From Amphiscolops sp. MND2022 (taxonomy: Eukaryota): a DNA stretch of 64,000 nucleotides. A model generated the notes under the pieces. It did not search any database, was not told the origin of the DNA, and was given only the letters and a program-made list of their open reading frames with translations. The position numbers and the translations under genes are program-made. The stretch spans positions 38,192,001-38,256,000 of the forward strand of contig OZ076414.1 in assembly GCA_964187785.1 (NCBI GenBank). Direction: 5' to 3'. Below, piece after piece: positions 21,042 to 33,555 of this stretch (its first letter is position 1; each line of letters opens with the position of its first letter).

Positions 21042-21361
21042 CATAAAAGCTGACGTTATCAAATAAATTAGCGCGGGAATAAAAGTAAATTTTTAACGTT
21101 ACATCCAACAAAAATGCGTTTTATACTTTTTAATTTCTTCATATGGATGGAGAAATTGAAATATACGTGCAAAAAATAGAAGAATTGTCCGAATGCAGTT
21201 AACTTACCTCCTGAGTCCGGAATATGAAAGGAATAAATTATAGGAATTTTGGCGAAACTGTGTTTTTCGACGCTAAGAAACCAGAAATTATTTTCGACGC
21301 TGTGAATACGAACCAGACTGAGACAGCGAAACTAATGACGCCCAAATTGTGTTCTTTTTTA

Positions 21362-21756
21362 GGTTACATGTCAAAATCTCCTAAGTCAAAATCTCCTAAG
21401 TTAAAATCTCCTAGACCTAAATCTCCTAGGTCAAAATCTCCTAAAATTAGAAAAGAAACTCATCGAAAAACAACTCGCCAACTTAATTGAAGCGGAAAGC
21501 TGTTCGCTTAGGAACAAAGGCTAACCTCAATTTTCAACCATTTTCAAACTTAATTGCAAACCTTCACTCATTAGTCAATTATCTAATCATCTTTCAATGA
21601 CTGTCTCAACTTTTAATGCTTAATCAAAGTTACTTTCACACTATGAAATTCAATTTAGGAGATTATGACCTAGGAGATTTAGGTCTAGGAGATTTTAGCC
21701 TAGGAGATTTAGGTCTAGGAGATTTTAACTTAGGAGATTTTGACCTGATACCCTTT
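21362..21756. mobile_element. Foldback/MITE-like element whose arms are 15-bp tandem repeats
   Basis: Left arm repeats AAATCTCCTA(A/G), right arm repeats its complement TAGGAGATT(T); outer IR GTCAAAATCTCCTAAG/CTTAGGAGATTTTGAC. Confidence 0.75.
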
Positions 21757-22429
21757 TTTAAAGCAAATTTTCAATAATGACTGAATCACAAGCTGATAGC
21801 TTCTATTCGGAGACGACTTTGTTTTGAAAGAATGCGGTGTTTATTTGTCACAACTATGGCAATCAAAAACTTAAATTTTGGTCCTTTTCCACAAAAATTC
21901 AGATTACTTTTTTGCAAATTCATTTTCTGTAGTGGACAGCCAATGAAGTCAACTCAAATCTTTAGTAACTAGAAGCAACCTTTGATGTGGAGTGAAATCT
22001 CAAAATAGTATTGGTCATTATGCATGTTTGATGTAGAAACCAAATGGAGAAATCATCAAGTGTGAAACAGAAGTGAACTCAGAGAAAAGTTTTTGCGTTA
22101 TGAAGCATCGACCCCCTGACACATACAGATCGGAGCAATTTATAGCAAAATCTTTTTCCAGAGCCAAAAAGTGCTAACTTCATCGAAAGAATAGTTGGTG
22201 TTTTAATTTGAAATATCAACTTTGAACAAGCTGTGTCATCCCGAGAGAAAAAGGTACGTTCATCCATTGCCGACGGAAAACATAGCGATACAGAGTAAAT
22301 TCATTGGCACATCGAGAATTCGATAAAATGGAACATATATTCGCAGAAAAAGACACGTTCATGATATCAGATTTTGTTGAGTAAGGGAAAAAATGCTGAA
22401 ACATACTTGTCGAAAGTAAAATACTTGTT

Positions 22430-23100
22430 GAGAGAAAGGTACCTCTTTTACATATGATTCCTCTGAGCGGAGAACCCAGGAGATACCGCGCAGTGCAATC
22501 TGTAGGCCCGTCTTACCCTGTACTATTTGGGATTCGTCGACATAAGCCTGGAATTGACTGAGAAGCTATTTTTCCATACACAATATCATCTATAAGATCT
22601 TGACAACCGGAAAGAAAATTTTCGAAGACGTTGTGACCAAAATGTTTCATGTCCAAAAAACGGTACCATAGCTTCGTTCGTTTCAGTTGACAGAAGTGCA
22701 AATGAAATTTGGTTGAATTGAAGATAACAATAAGCGATTCGTTTTGGTTTTTCGAACAATGCGCTGAAGGTCAGCTTTTCATCAATCACATGGCACTAAC
22801 ACTTGATTCGTGGCTTCACTTGGATTTTACAATGAACTTCTTCGCCGAAAATAACAGATTTGGATTTATCAACGTTACATTTAAGTTTGTTTCTTTTCAT
22901 CCATGTTTCTGTTTTCTCGATCCTTCCAATCAGTGCTATAAGATCAAACAAGTGTATTTTATAGCACAGTAGTATGATTAGCGAGGAGAGTTCAACAAAA
23001 ATCTGTACGACATGGTAGATCGTTCGTAATGTATGGAAAATAACGGTCCCAACACAGATCCTTGAGGAACACAACACTCAGTATCACAGAGAGTAGATTT
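22430..23100 (-). pseudogene. Non-LTR (CR1/L2-like) reverse transcriptase 3' remnant
   Basis: VPQGSVLGPL, a decayed FADDT (LANHTT), and WMKRNKLKCNVDKSKSVIF. Confidence 0.75.
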
Positions 23101-23508
23101 TTGATCTTCAATCTCGAATTTACACGAACTGCCGTCTACTGCTGATGTAAGATTTCAAAATTTATAAACAGGTCCTCTGAAACCATAACCTTAATTTTTC
23201 CTGAGAATATACAATATTTATTGTATCGATAACTTTTTTAAACCCCAATGAACCTAGCGGTGCTTTAAAAGCAGCCTACCTTTTTTCCAAATTCTGATTC
23301 CATTTGCCAGTAGCCCATTTTCTCTAGCACAGTTTTTTTCAACACGTAAGTGGTACCTAGATTGATTTGAATGGCACAAGCATTAGAAAAAGGGAATATG
23401 TCTCCAAAGCTGAGAAAATTGGGATTTTTTGCACAAAAAAGATATATATTTTCTCAAAATTCAGTTTTTGACGAAATCCAGGTTTCTCGAAAGTCTTTGA
23501 TCAATAGA

Positions 23509-24045
23509 ACAAGCCGAGAACGGCCAAAGTCGGCGCCATATCTAAGGCTCAAAATTGAAAGATGGGGACCCTTCGGGCTTTGTGAAACTCCAGCTGGTTG
23601 CAAAAAATGAAAAAAAATTGAACGGGGGACCCTTTGCGGACATGAAAAAATTTTCCAAAAAATTTTTTAAAATGAGATTTTTGAACAGTGTCAGAGTGCC
23701 GAAAAATGTGAAAGGGTGGACCCTTTGCGATTTTGGAAATTCATTGTGTTGCAAAAAATCAAAACAAATGAAAGGGGGACCCTTTGGTGCAATCCAAAAA
23801 GTTTCAAAAAGTCTCATAGTGCCGAAAAAAAGTGGGGCTATGGGGTTTTTTGAGGTTCTGGGCGTCTCTTTTGTTTTTTCTTTTCGTTTTGGACGCGCTT
23901 CTGAGGTTGGAGTTGTTGAGGTTTGAAGTTGTTGAGGTTTGACGTTGTTGAACAAATGAACAAAAAAGTGGACCTTTCGAGTCTAAAAAAACTACCCACT
24001 GTGAGAGTCGGGCACATTTTCTACCAAAATGCGCCGACTAAAAAA
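23509..24045 (-). mobile_element. HINE-A copy, full length
   Basis: AACAAGCCGAGAACGGCCAAAGTCGGCGCC at the left end; AGTCGGGCAC...GCGCCGACTAAAA at the right end. Confidence 0.75.
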
Positions 24046-24432
24046 CCAACCACATGCCCTTCCACAACAAGTCCTGGTGTAACAAATCTCTATAGTATTC
24101 TGTTGTTACTACAAGCAGCCCCCGTGAAGCGGCGGTACCGGAAAAAGCGACTAAAATTCTGCAGAAAGGGGCGCGCGGCTACAGGGGCTCAGCTGACCAA
24201 AATGAAAGCCCAATATCAGAGCTTTCAAACGCGCTATAGTAGTTCGTTCCTCTGGGACGCGTAGTTGTGGAGATATTGATGATTGAAAAATTTTTGTCAG
24301 TTTTTTGAAGATAGTAGAAAACGCCCCGGTCAATTGTGGTTAAGATCGATATGACGCTGGAGGAAGACGTTTTTAGTCAGCGCATTTTTCTTTCAGGAAA
24401 AAAATCCGAATATTGCAGTGACTAGTTTCAGA

Positions 24433-25322
24433 AAATAGGCCCCACCGGGGCAACTATTAGTTCTGCTTTAATTTTTCATTAGTAATAGAATCATATCTGG
24501 AATACCAATGGGGATTCCCAAACAGCCAAAATTCCACACAGCAGAAAATCAAAAATTGGTCTCAAACAGCAGAATATTTTTTTATGATGCAAGCTGATTG
24601 GCTGAAATTTGAGATCGAATTGAATTCAATAAGCTGAAAAAGCGTGTCAGATTTTTTCGGAATTATTATTATAACGTAGTCAGCTATGTTCACCTACCTC
24701 TAGTGCCCTAAATGCAGGAGCGAAGCGAAGCGACGTGCCATATGGCCATGCCTCATTAATGCAAATTAGCGAAGGGAGCGAAGCGACCGAGCCATACAAC
24801 GAATATGCAAACTTTTTCAAATAAATCAAGTTCCAACATATTGGCTGTAACAACACAAAGTAAATTGAATTCTGCTGTTTGGGACCAAATTTTCACTTTC
24901 TACTGAATGAATAGGCATCATAGCAATACACTCCTCTTTAATCCTTATTTAGTGCGCAAATAATCATTGTATTAGTTTATACCGCCTTTAAATCTCGGAC
25001 TAAAGCATATATAACTACTAAGCGTAGACGAAGTTTCGCATTCGCATTTGAATGCAGGCGAAGCTCTAGGCGAACGAATAATTAACACTCGTTCGATCGC
25101 TTCATCTCAATGACGTCAGCGTACGAATGCATAATTACCACTCGCTCGTTTCATCGCACGAGAATTGAATTGTCGTCAGCAGCTTGAGAAATTTGATTCT
25201 CACGCGTATAGTCACAGCCGAACAAAATATCTGACTTTTTCAGTATCACGACAAGAATTGTACTGAACAAAAAAGTAGAACCCTTGAGATTTCAATAATA
25301 TTCCTGCTATCGCAGAAATAAT
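24433..25322 (-). mobile_element. HINE-B copy, composite with the GAGCGAAGCG cassette
   Basis: AAAATAGGCCCACCGGGGC...TTCTGCTTTA at the left end; ATATTCCTGCTATCGCAGAAATA at the right end. Confidence 0.65.
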
Positions 25323-25889
25323 AAAAACAGAATGTATGGTTAGTACACTTTACAGAACCTACTGAAACTACTATATTACTGTACCAGCCAAGACTGGCCA
25401 GCGAAAACGCATCTAAGTTAGTGCGAAGTAACCTCCCTCTAATTTTCTCCCTTTTTAACGTAACATACAAAACCGAACGAGACTACAGGATCCCCCCTTT
25501 CGATTTGTTTCGGCATTGCGAGAAACTTTCCCAAAATTTTCAATGTATCCAACAGGTCCCTTCTTTTACATTTTTCGGCACTATTAGACTGTTCAAAATT
25601 CTCATTTTTTGTCTGATATAAGGGTTTTTTTTTAATTAATATCCACCAATAATTTCTTCAATACCATCCAAAATTTTCACGTAATATCGAAAAAAAAATC
25701 GTTATATCCGAATTTTAAAGGTTATATCCGAACTACAATGTTGTCATAAAAAAAATTAGACCCCTGATTGTAAAAAATGATTCGGACTGAATTCAATTAG
25801 CTCGAAACCCGAGTGATTTTGAAAGTAATCAAAAAGCGCTTGATCAAATATTAATAAATTTGTGAAAACACTTCAGAATCAGAAATGTT

Positions 25890-26180
25890 ATCTGAGGCCC
25901 GAAAATTTGTCCATCAAAATTATTATTATAACGTAATCAGCTATATTCACATGACCCTAGTGCCCTAAATACAGGAGCGAAGCGAAGCGGAGCGACGTGC
26001 CATATGGCCATGCCTTAATGTTGCTACTTGGCGAAGGGAGCGAAGCGACCGAGCCATGCAACAAATCTGCTAACCTCATCAAATAAATCAAATTAAATAC
26101 ATATTGGCTGATATAATATCTGACGCTGATGGTCACCGAATTGATCGGGCTTCAAATTACACTAGCTTCGGGCCTCAAAT
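25890..26180 (+). repeat. Interspersed GAGCGAAGCG-cassette repeat (family C); other copies at ~15125-15280, ~24670-24820 and ~32830-33130 (minus)
   Basis: Near-identical ~150-bp core TCAGCTAT..CTAGTGCCCT.AATGCAGGAGCGAAGCG.AGCGACGTGCCATATGGCCATGCCT...GGGAGCGAAGCGACCGAGCCAT. Confidence 0.85.
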
Positions 26181-26229
26181 ATGATACCTTGTGTGTTCAC
26201 AGACAACTTGAAGAAAATTATAATTATAT

Positions 26230-26860
26230 AAGGGTTCTTTCAAAAGTAATATTATGCCCTATTTTAATACATTGCGTTCAAGTTTCTTTTTCTGAACTGT
26301 CCTGTTCAAGAAGGTTTGGTCTGAAGAAAAACACTGCTCTTGAATGCCTCTGTTGAACAGTTTTATATAAGACGGGATTACAGCAAAACTGTTAACTTCA
26401 GGATTCTGTTTGATAGACCGTCGGAACATGTTGAATTTTTGTTTTTCAACTTCACTAAAATTTTCTCGACTTCGGTTTCCTCAATTGGGGCTGAAAACAT
26501 TGATTGTAATTTCCGATCGTCTTTTCCATTTTTGGTCCAAACTGTGCGAAGCCTTCGTTGAGGGAGAATCAATGGTGAGATAGCCCTGAAATGATGTATT
26601 GGTTCTTCGTTTTCCCAATCACGGAAACGCGTCCAATTCTCCTCCAATCTTTTGGTCAGCTTTTTGGTGAAATTCCTTTGTCTTTCTTAACAGCATTGCT
26701 GGGTCAACTCAGTTCGAGTGGCCTTAATGTAGTGGCCACGATTGTAGTCTGCGTTTTCTATCGAAAGTGCCCAATCAAAAACTGGTAATGTGTTTCTGCA
26801 ATGTTTTGTCAAAATTCAATACCATCCCAAAATTATTAAAGTTGCTCTAGTAACGGGAGA
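26230..26860 (-). pseudogene. Non-LTR retrotransposon RT N-terminal remnant
   Basis: MF.APIEETEVEKILVKLKNKNSTCSDGLSNRILK, the typical pre-RT K..G.DG.S..LK motif. Confidence 0.65.
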
Positions 26861-27267
26861 AAATTTCGTCGCCAGAAATTTCGTTGTGGGAAATATCTTT
26901 TTCTAACCCTCGTTTTTCAAAGGTACCAGCAGTAAATTATAGAAAGTTTGTATAGTTTCCAAAGCATATGTCATGAAATCCTATTCAAATGCTATCTAGA
27001 TCAATCATTTATGTCACTTGATTCAAAAACCTCGCCCAGTTATCGATGGTCTACATCTTTGCTGTCTGTGAGCATCGGAGACTTGGGGGAATCAATTTAC
27101 ATACAGCTACTCATCGCGAATAGTATCTCAAGATATTTCGGTCATCAAGCAGCATGGTTTGCTCTTATGAAAGACGATTGAGGTACATGCATGTAGTTTT
27201 ATTTCGGTTTCGAGACATTGAATCGTTCTTGCTGATAGGACAACTGATTGCATTGTTCCCGAAATTT

Positions 27268-27745
27268 AAAATAGGCCCCTCCGGGGCTCAGTACTATTTC
27301 TGCTTTAATCTTTATTTTTTTAAAACAAAAAATCATTAATAAAAGAATCATATCTGGAATACCAATACACTCCTGTTTAATCATTACTTAGAGCACAATT
27401 AATCACTGTACAAGTTTACACCGCCTTTAATTCTTCTCGGACTAAAGAAAATATAACTAAGCGTAGACGAAGTTTCGCATTCGCATTTGAATGCAGGCGA
27501 AGCTCTCAACGAACGAATAATTAACACTCATTCGCTTCATCTCAATGACGTCAGCATACGAATGGATAATTACCACTCGCTCGTTCTATCGCACTAGAAT
27601 TGAATTGTTGTCGGCAGCTTTCCCACGCTTACACTCACTGCCGAACAAAATATCTGAATTATTCAGTAGGACGAAATTTGACGACTGAAAAAAAAAAGGA
27701 CCAACTTTGAGGTTACAATAACATTCCTGCTAAAGCAGAAATATT
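27268..27745 (-). mobile_element. HINE-B copy, uninterrupted
   Basis: AAAATAGGCCCCTCCGGGGC + TATTTCTGCTTTA ... CCTGCTAAAGCAGAAATA. Confidence 0.75.
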
Positions 27746-28182
27746 AATAACGACTGACGAGACATGCGCGAGCTTATCTTACTACCTATTCGAAAAAGGT
27801 CAATTGTTAATAATTTAATTATTCTATGATAAGCTACGTGCGTAATTTAATCCCTGAATTCATTTAGCACAGACAACTAATACTCGATCACTAAAGAAAC
27901 ACTACCAAAAATGAATAACATAAAATAATGGTAACAAAGTTTCCATCAGTGGTTATTGAAAAATATAAATATTAGCTATTGACAAAAAATTAATTTTGAC
28001 CAACAATTCAATCACCGTCATAACTAAATTTGTAAAAACGATGATTATCTGTGCGACATTGATGATCAAAAATAGTTGATTGAAAAATTATTCAAGTATT
28101 CAAGCAACAGGTGTGTATTTGGCTATAAATTGCCGACTGTTTTTGAAGAAATTCATTTCATCATAGTTTTCAAGCGTTTTGG

Positions 28183-30273
28183 CTACTCAGAATTGACAGT
28201 TGTTTCTTCAGTCGATTCATCAGCGCTGACTTCATTGGGTTCCCGTGGTGGTGCAACGTCGGGTTCTTCTTTTTGGCCAGAAGAACATGGTTCTAAGTGC
28301 AGTTCCGCATCATTGAGTTCCACGTCTAAAAATTCGACTGATGACTCAACAGATTGACGACTACTTCCAAAATAGATAGCTCCGTCGTCATCGAGGTCTT
28401 CCATTGCAGAGGCCAAGACCTCCGTTTTATCATCTACTTGCATTGATCGCGTATCGCCGCCGGCTCCATTGCCAACAGTGTTCGGAGCGTTGACGTCACC
28501 AGGAGCAGTTATACAGGAGAGCTCGACTATTTGAGTATCAACCTCACCATCATATGGTCCGAAATTGGTGCTTCCTATTTCCAACATGGCTCTCTTCTGT
28601 TTCGAATTGGAGTTGTTTACTCCAATCTGAAAATCAATAGACAGCGTTCGACTTTCAGAGTTAGAGCTTGAATGGGCCGGGTTGTCAGAGGATGCTAATT
28701 CTAACATGGGCAAGGAAACGATGCTCTTTGTTGACTGCAGAAGGCGAGTCGTGCCGTCCGAAGATTCGATTGAGAAAGAAGACCTTCTACTGCTTGGATT
28801 CGAGTGAACTGAGCAGTAACTTCTTGGTTTACTATATGAACTTCTTTCTTCCATGTTAACTTCGAGTCGGAGTCTTGCAAAACAGATATTAGTTCCACTT
28901 TTTTGCATTAATTCGTTCATCGCGGAAGTCACTGTGTATATGAACCAATTGAAATCTTCGGAAAACTCAGGTAGCCAATCATAGATCTTCTTGCCCGTAA
29001 AGTACATGGCTTCAATTGGAAGTCGTACCGGAAGTGTGATCAGCCCGATGAACTGGACAACTTTGAAACTGCAGATATGATTGTAAAGCGATTCGTTCAT
29101 GCTGAAGTTTTGAAGCAAAGAATGAATTTGTTCAGGCAAGATTGCATTTTCTTGGTCGTTCAGACGTTGGCATTCGGCACAGTTCTCGCAGCTGTCATTG
29201 TCATTTGACTGATACCCAGAGAGATGACTTCCTTTGCTGAATGGGTTGCGGGTCATTCTGCTCCTGGACACGGAAGTTTTTTCGTATATTTGCTCCCTTG
29301 AATTAGTCCGTCTCATCAATTTGGAGAACGGTGCCATAATGTAATCTGAGGTTTCCGTATTTAAGGGCAGCTTTTTGTGCAACTTTTCTGAAGTTTTCTG
29401 TCGTCGAGGATAATTCATCAAATTGAAAAGACTAGAGCTTGAGCTGAGACAAGTTGTGCATGACAGCAAATTGTGCTTTTGCAGGTACTTGAAAGTATCG
29501 TCATAGCCTCTTTTGCAAAGATCGCTCAATACATCTTTTGTATTAGGAGGATAGAATATCCGTGCAAACCTGCCTATGTTCTCAGCAGTTAATTCCATTT
29601 GGAGATTTGTTACGTTGACGTAATTGAAGGTATGCTTTTCGTCCGAGGGACTTATATCGGCGGCCCCACAAAATGGCGCCACTGTTATTGTGTGCTCATT
29701 CAGCATAACCAGGTTGCAAGTGAAGCCCCCATCAACGTACCTCTGACCTTCGAATGTTGGTGGGATGATCCCAGCGAAAAGAGGAATCCAGCATGTACAA
29801 ATAAGCGCGTTCAACAGTTCTTCTCTGGAACTAAACTGGTTAATTATCACGTTTTTCCAGTCAGGCAGAGACGTCAAGGAAAGATGGAGTCTCCCGCTGC
29901 ATGTTATATGTGCATCTTCCGGCAAAAAAGTGTCGATGCCCTTCCGCACCAAACCTATGAGGTCAAAGCTGGGGTGAAACGGTCCAAAAGTCCGTGACCT
30001 CGCTCTGCGTACCAGCTCCAAAGACCATCTAGTCGCATCTTCTAATGGACATTCGCATATGGCACAGGCGGCGATTAGACCTCCGGCTGAGCAACCGGCT
30101 ACTTTGCCCTCGAAGAGATACGGCGCGTGTTTTTTGATACAAGAGGCAACTCCAATGTGGTACAAGCCCTGGAAACCGCAGCCGGAGAAGGAAAGGTGGT
30201 AATCGGGAGCACCTGGATTGAGCCCAGATGGATCATGGGGGAGATTCAAAAAACTTGAGGTATTAGGCTCCAT
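28183..30273 (-). CDS. PNPLA2: Patatin-like phospholipase domain protein, ATGL/PNPLA2-brummer-like, 696 aa, single coding exon
   Basis: Uninterrupted ORF with oxyanion loop FSGCGFQGLYHIG, nucleophile elbow GCSAG, catalytic DGG, FGPFHPSF and LICTCWIP, followed by a long Ser-rich C-terminus. The symbol denotes family, not proven orthology. Confidence 0.9.
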   Translation of the reverse strand: MEPNTSSFLNLPHDPSGLNPGAPDYHLSFSGCGFQGLYHIGVASCIKKHAPYLFEGKVAGCSAGGLIAACAICECPLEDATRWSLELVRRARSRTFGPFHPSFDLIGLVRKGIDTFLPEDAHITCSGRLHLSLTSLPDWKNVIINQFSSREELLNALICTCWIPLFAGIIPPTFEGQRYVDGGFTCNLVMLNEHTITVAPFCGAADISPSDEKHTFNYVNVTNLQMELTAENIGRFARIFYPPNTKDVLSDLCKRGYDDTFKYLQKHNLLSCTTCLSSSSSLFNLMNYPRRQKTSEKLHKKLPLNTETSDYIMAPFSKLMRRTNSREQIYEKTSVSRSRMTRNPFSKGSHLSGYQSNDNDSCENCAECQRLNDQENAILPEQIHSLLQNFSMNESLYNHICSFKVVQFIGLITLPVRLPIEAMYFTGKKIYDWLPEFSEDFNWFIYTVTSAMNELMQKSGTNICFARLRLEVNMEERSSYSKPRSYCSVHSNPSSRRSSFSIESSDGTTRLLQSTKSIVSLPMLELASSDNPAHSSSNSESRTLSIDFQIGVNNSNSKQKRAMLEIGSTNFGPYDGEVDTQIVELSCITAPGDVNAPNTVGNGAGGDTRSMQVDDKTEVLASAMEDLDDDGAIYFGSSRQSVESSVEFLDVELNDAELHLEPCSSGQKEEPDVAPPREPNEVSADESTEETTVNSE

Positions 30274-32559
30274 TCTAATCTGAAGAACACTAGTTGTGAT
30301 GAATTTTGGAAGTTAGGAGAAGCTAGGCAAATTTCTAGTCACTACACGAAAGAGCTCTTCGTTTCTAGACTGATTTACGATACCAATAGTTGACTGACTG
30401 GCTTTGAGCAAGCTAGAATTGACAACTAAAAATTAGCCAATGAATTCATTCTCAAAGCGGTCGAACGAGCATTTTTGTAAATATTTGCTTGACATTTAAA
30501 CATCTCCAGTGTTTAACAAGAGGATCCAAGTAAATAATTGACCTCTGGTTTGGCCAATTATTTCCTTTGCTAATTATGGACAGACGCAGGTTATTCAAGT
30601 TTTGAAACCCAACTGAGTGAAATCCCAATAAGTAATTAGTCGGGGTGGTGTTTCAAGTTGAACTGAATTAAGTCCAAGAAACAAACAATTCCCAACACAT
30701 GTACTTGACAAGCAGGGATAATCTTTGAACATTTTTCTCAGATCGAATTTCGAAACCGAGGCAAAGTTGAAGTCCACTTTGCATGAAAACTACTACTGCA
30801 GGACAATATTCAATGGCTTAATATTGTAAAACCAGATCTTTCGGTTAATTATTGAATGAAACTACAACAAACTGTTCAACAAATGTACAACAAGTTGATA
30901 AAACATCATACATGGAACGCTACCGATAAGAGACAAGCTAGTAGAGGGACAATCATAATACATAATTAGACTCAGTGCATTCAACCTAAGGGCACCAGCA
31001 AGCTTACAAGATCAAAATTATGAAATATAGTGAGTGTGTGTATTGATAGATTAGCATAGTAAATTAAAATGCTTTAATAATAATTACTCAAACCAGAGTT
31101 GATGGCAATAACCATGTCTTTAGCTGCAAGCCAGTGACTGAGACTAGCAAGACAGAGTCTTTTATTTCACAGCTTGGTATCATGACCTGGATCATACTCT
31201 TATCCCCCAAGTAATCAGGGGGTGATTAATTATTAGTAAAAGGCTTCAAATTACCATTAGGCAAAATATTTCGCGCCAAAACTTCCAGCCAATAAACAAA
31301 CTGATGAAGACAATCGTATTTTTTACTTCTACAGTTAAAATTCCTCAGAAAAACGTTCTTCAAACAGTTGCACTTTCCACGTAATAATGAACAAGACGTC
31401 CCGTCCCCCGATAAGGATATTTTCCGCCCTGAGTTATACAAGTGACAACATAGTTGTAGGGGCCGAGCATAGCCGATACACTAGAAGACTTACTCGAGGA
31501 AATGAAAAAAATCTGGAAACATTCACTTTTTGGGCATTTTTAGTTAATTTTAGACATTTTCGTTTGAGAAATTGTTGCTTTTCTGCACAGAAAAGTATAA
31601 AAAATTGTTTTGTCATTAAACTTTGTGGATATTCGTGCCCACAAAAATTGCACCAAAATTGAGTGAAACGGTGCTGAATTCAGACTTGCGCATGAAAAAT
31701 TTTCGAATATCTCCACAAACATGTGAGCTACGCATCTTATTTTTTAGTTGAAAACTGCGGAAGAACCACTATTTTTGGATATAATATTGTGACATGACAA
31801 AATTCGGGAAAAGCAATTGAGAGGTTGATTTTCTTTTGCAATATGAAATGATATTCAATTTATCTAGTCATAGGATAAAACATTAGATCAAAACTTCAAT
31901 ACAGACGTTGCAATTCCAGAAAAGACTCCAAAAAAGGCTGCTGCCCGATTGGATATTTTTGTTGAGGAAAAGTTCATAGTTCACACTAAATATTCTACGA
32001 AATAATGGTCGGTGTCAAAGTGAACAAGATGGGAATGTCTAAAGTCGGCCCCAGCTTAAACAGCTCAAAGTCTCATCGAAATGCACAGAAAGGCATTTAG
32101 GAAAGTTTCATAATATTCAGAGTGGCAAAATTGTCCGAAGGGGTGACCAGCGGAACTCGAAAAATGTTTTCTTTGAATGGAAATATCAAAAAAATGCCCA
32201 AATTGATGCAAAAATCGAAGTCGCACAGTTCCGCTCCAATAAGACTCTTCGGTGAAATGAAAAATTTTCGGAAGTAGCACAAAGTCGAAAAAAATCCAAA
32301 GGGGGGCCTTTTGACACGTCAAGAGTTCGCAAACAAAGACATTTAGTCCTGGGAAGACATCGAACCGACGGCAGGCTCCATGGGAAGCGCCCACTGGTTA
32401 CATGAATAAAAACTCGGTTGAAAAATTGACCATTTGCATACTTTCTGTAGTCTTGCAAAAAAACAAGTCACTGTAATAGTCGGGCCCATTTTCTTATGAA
32501 ATGCGCCGACTAAAATGATCGGTACTCGCGAAAACAATCCAACCAGTCAGGATTTCAAA

Positions 32560-32830
32560 AAATGATCTGTAGCTCCAGTAAGCCTGATTCCCATTGACTA
32601 AATTTCCTTGGAATGTTCCAACTCTTACCACTGATTAAAGTGTCTCAATCCATCCGCTTCTGCTCACCGGATGCCTGACTTTACTGAGCGGGGAGTCTCC
32701 GGAGAACTTTAACAGGCAAGTTGCGCGCCAATGCTCTGATTATCTTTCAGCCAGATCTCTGTAAAGGCTATTCCAGCAGATTTCAGATTCTGGCTGACAA
32801 AATGATCTTTTATTGGGTAGCATATGTGAG
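32560..32830 (-). pseudogene. Possible LINE endonuclease N-terminal remnant
   Basis: AGIAFTEIWLKDN resembles the APE-domain I.ITETWL motif. Short, single-motif support. Confidence 0.35.
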
Positions 32831-33555
32831 GCCCGAAAAATTGAGGCCCGAAGCTAGTGTAATTTGAGGCCCGATCAATTTGGTAACTATTAGCGTCAGA
32901 TAATATTATATCAGCCAATATGTATTTAACTTGTTTTATTTGAAGTTAGCATATTTGTTGTATGGCTCGGTCGCTTCGCTCCCTTCGCCAAGTAGCAACA
33001 TTGAGGCATGGCCATATGGCACGTCGCTCCGCTTCGCTTCGCTCCTGCATTTAGGGCACGAGGGGTATGTGAATATAGCTGACTACGTTATAATAACGAG
33101 TTCGATGAACAATTTTTCGGGCCTCAGATATCATTTCATTATCGGGCCTAAATAAACGTTCCCCTTTTATTCTCATCGAAATGCCGTTAAACATCGTGTT
33201 TACATTCCACTTAGTTTGGATGCTTGGTTATTGCGCCCTCTTCGAAGCTATTACGGAATTCGGCAATCTGACTAGCGGTGGTCAGCTCGGCCTTCCGTAA
33301 TCTTGTTAGTCGTAACTGACGGACTGCTCATCATCTCAATGTCAGCGCTTATCTGTTCGCGCAAGCTCAGGGCAATATGCATACAGTTGTTCTCTTTTCG
33401 TTATCAATGTCACGTTTTCACCTTGGCTTGGTTCATCCTTCTAATGCCGATCAGAGCAAGACATACATCAAAGGTATTGGTTGTTTATTGCAATGAATTT
33501 TCATTTGAGAATAGAATTTTCCAGCAGGGATGGGGAAATATTTCGTTGTTTTCAA

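Noticed and set aside
21224-21490. Histone H1/protamine-like KSP-repeat protein
   Set aside because: The repeats are the 15-bp arm of a foldback element, mirrored as an inverted repeat at 21655-21750.
23542-24264. F/K-rich ORFs with KGPP/KGGP motifs (also at 17849-18118, 37210-37582, 59959-60430, 60586-61111 and 63023-63481)
   Set aside because: Chance translations of HINE-A internal repeats, open on both strands with no codon-level conservation.
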